64,000 nucleotides of DNA. Source: Tubulanus polymorphus (Eukaryota > Animalia > Nemertea). The translations under genes and the position numbers were made by a program. Below, piece after piece: positions 63,509 to 64,000 of this stretch (its first letter is position 1; every line of letters begins with the position of its first letter). The notes below the pieces were generated by a model. The model worked only from the letters and a program-made list of their open reading frames with translations, made no database searches and was not told where the DNA came from. The stretch covers positions 9,920,001 to 9,984,000 of the forward strand of contig NC_134028.1 of NCBI RefSeq assembly GCF_964204645.1, read 5' to 3'.

Positions 63509-64000
63509 TTAAAAATATAATATTCCTCCTAAAACAATTCCTATACAAGTTAAAGCTAATTTAGTATTTTCATGGAATTTATTATCATTATCAGTTTTAA
63601 TTATTTCATGTTGAATATTATCAGTTTTTATATTTTCTGATGTATTGTAATCTATTATTTTAGAATCATTATTTAATTTAATATTATTAGTTTTAGTTTC
63701 TGTTGATTGAATGTGTTTTTTATTTTTTTCACCTTCCATTAATTTTGGAGCAGTAATAATCTTTTTATTTATATCATTTAATCCAAATGAATTATTTATT
63801 GTTGCAGTTTTAATTAGATTATTATAACCAATTATATTTTCCATCTTTAATACTAAATCATTAGAAATAATAAATAGATTAGGGCCTATACAATAATTTA
63901 ATCTAATATGTTATTTATCTAAATAATTTTGATATCTTACAATGTTTTCTGGAATCGATCTATTTTTATCATTATGAATTGAATCTTCAAATAGTACTTT
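63509..64000 (-). CDS. 3' part of the 462-aa conserved Polinton protein
   Basis: Near-identical to ~27370-27867. Confidence 0.8.

Larger units (their letters stand above)
50769..64000 (-). mobile_element. Polinton/Maverick copy C (runs off the window)
   Basis: TIR at 50769; ATPase, integrase, MCP and genes colinear with copy B. Confidence 0.93.

Overview
AT-rich eukaryotic (probably invertebrate animal) DNA made almost entirely of nested mobile elements; no host gene is evident. (1) 256-6337: complete BEL/Pao LTR retrotransposon (minus strand, 176-bp LTRs, CGGAC TSD, tRNA-His PBS, 4 ORF lesions). (2) Several related Polinton/Maverick (adintovirus-like) copies. Copy A (~9250-15393) is degraded. 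Copy B (17758-30487) has AGTAAT..ATTACT TIRs, a TCGGTA 6-bp TSD, pPolB and penton, and an internal deletion. Copy C (47911/50769 to >64000) carries ATPase, integrase and major capsid protein. A nested derivative D (52588-58299) has long inverted arms, fold-back termini and a 24-bp satellite. A fragment of a second Polinton family lies at 15394-16340. (3) Copy B is inserted in a decayed MULE-like element with SGNH, Ulp1-like, GATA-finger, DDE and SWIM remnants. (4) MITEs, a Penelope fragment with a hammerhead core, and a 2.86-kb tandem duplication. Three signals stand out, all in the Polinton: a GC-rich, covarying, strand-polarised RNA-like structure with two hairpins sharing a self-complementary GGCGCC loop; a giant-virus-type LAGLIDADG intein in the pPolB active site; and a poxvirus-late-promoter-like T-tract/TAAATG motif before nearly every gene. 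The last two suggest a virophage-like dependence on a large cytoplasmic DNA virus. All calls were made by eye; no searches were run.
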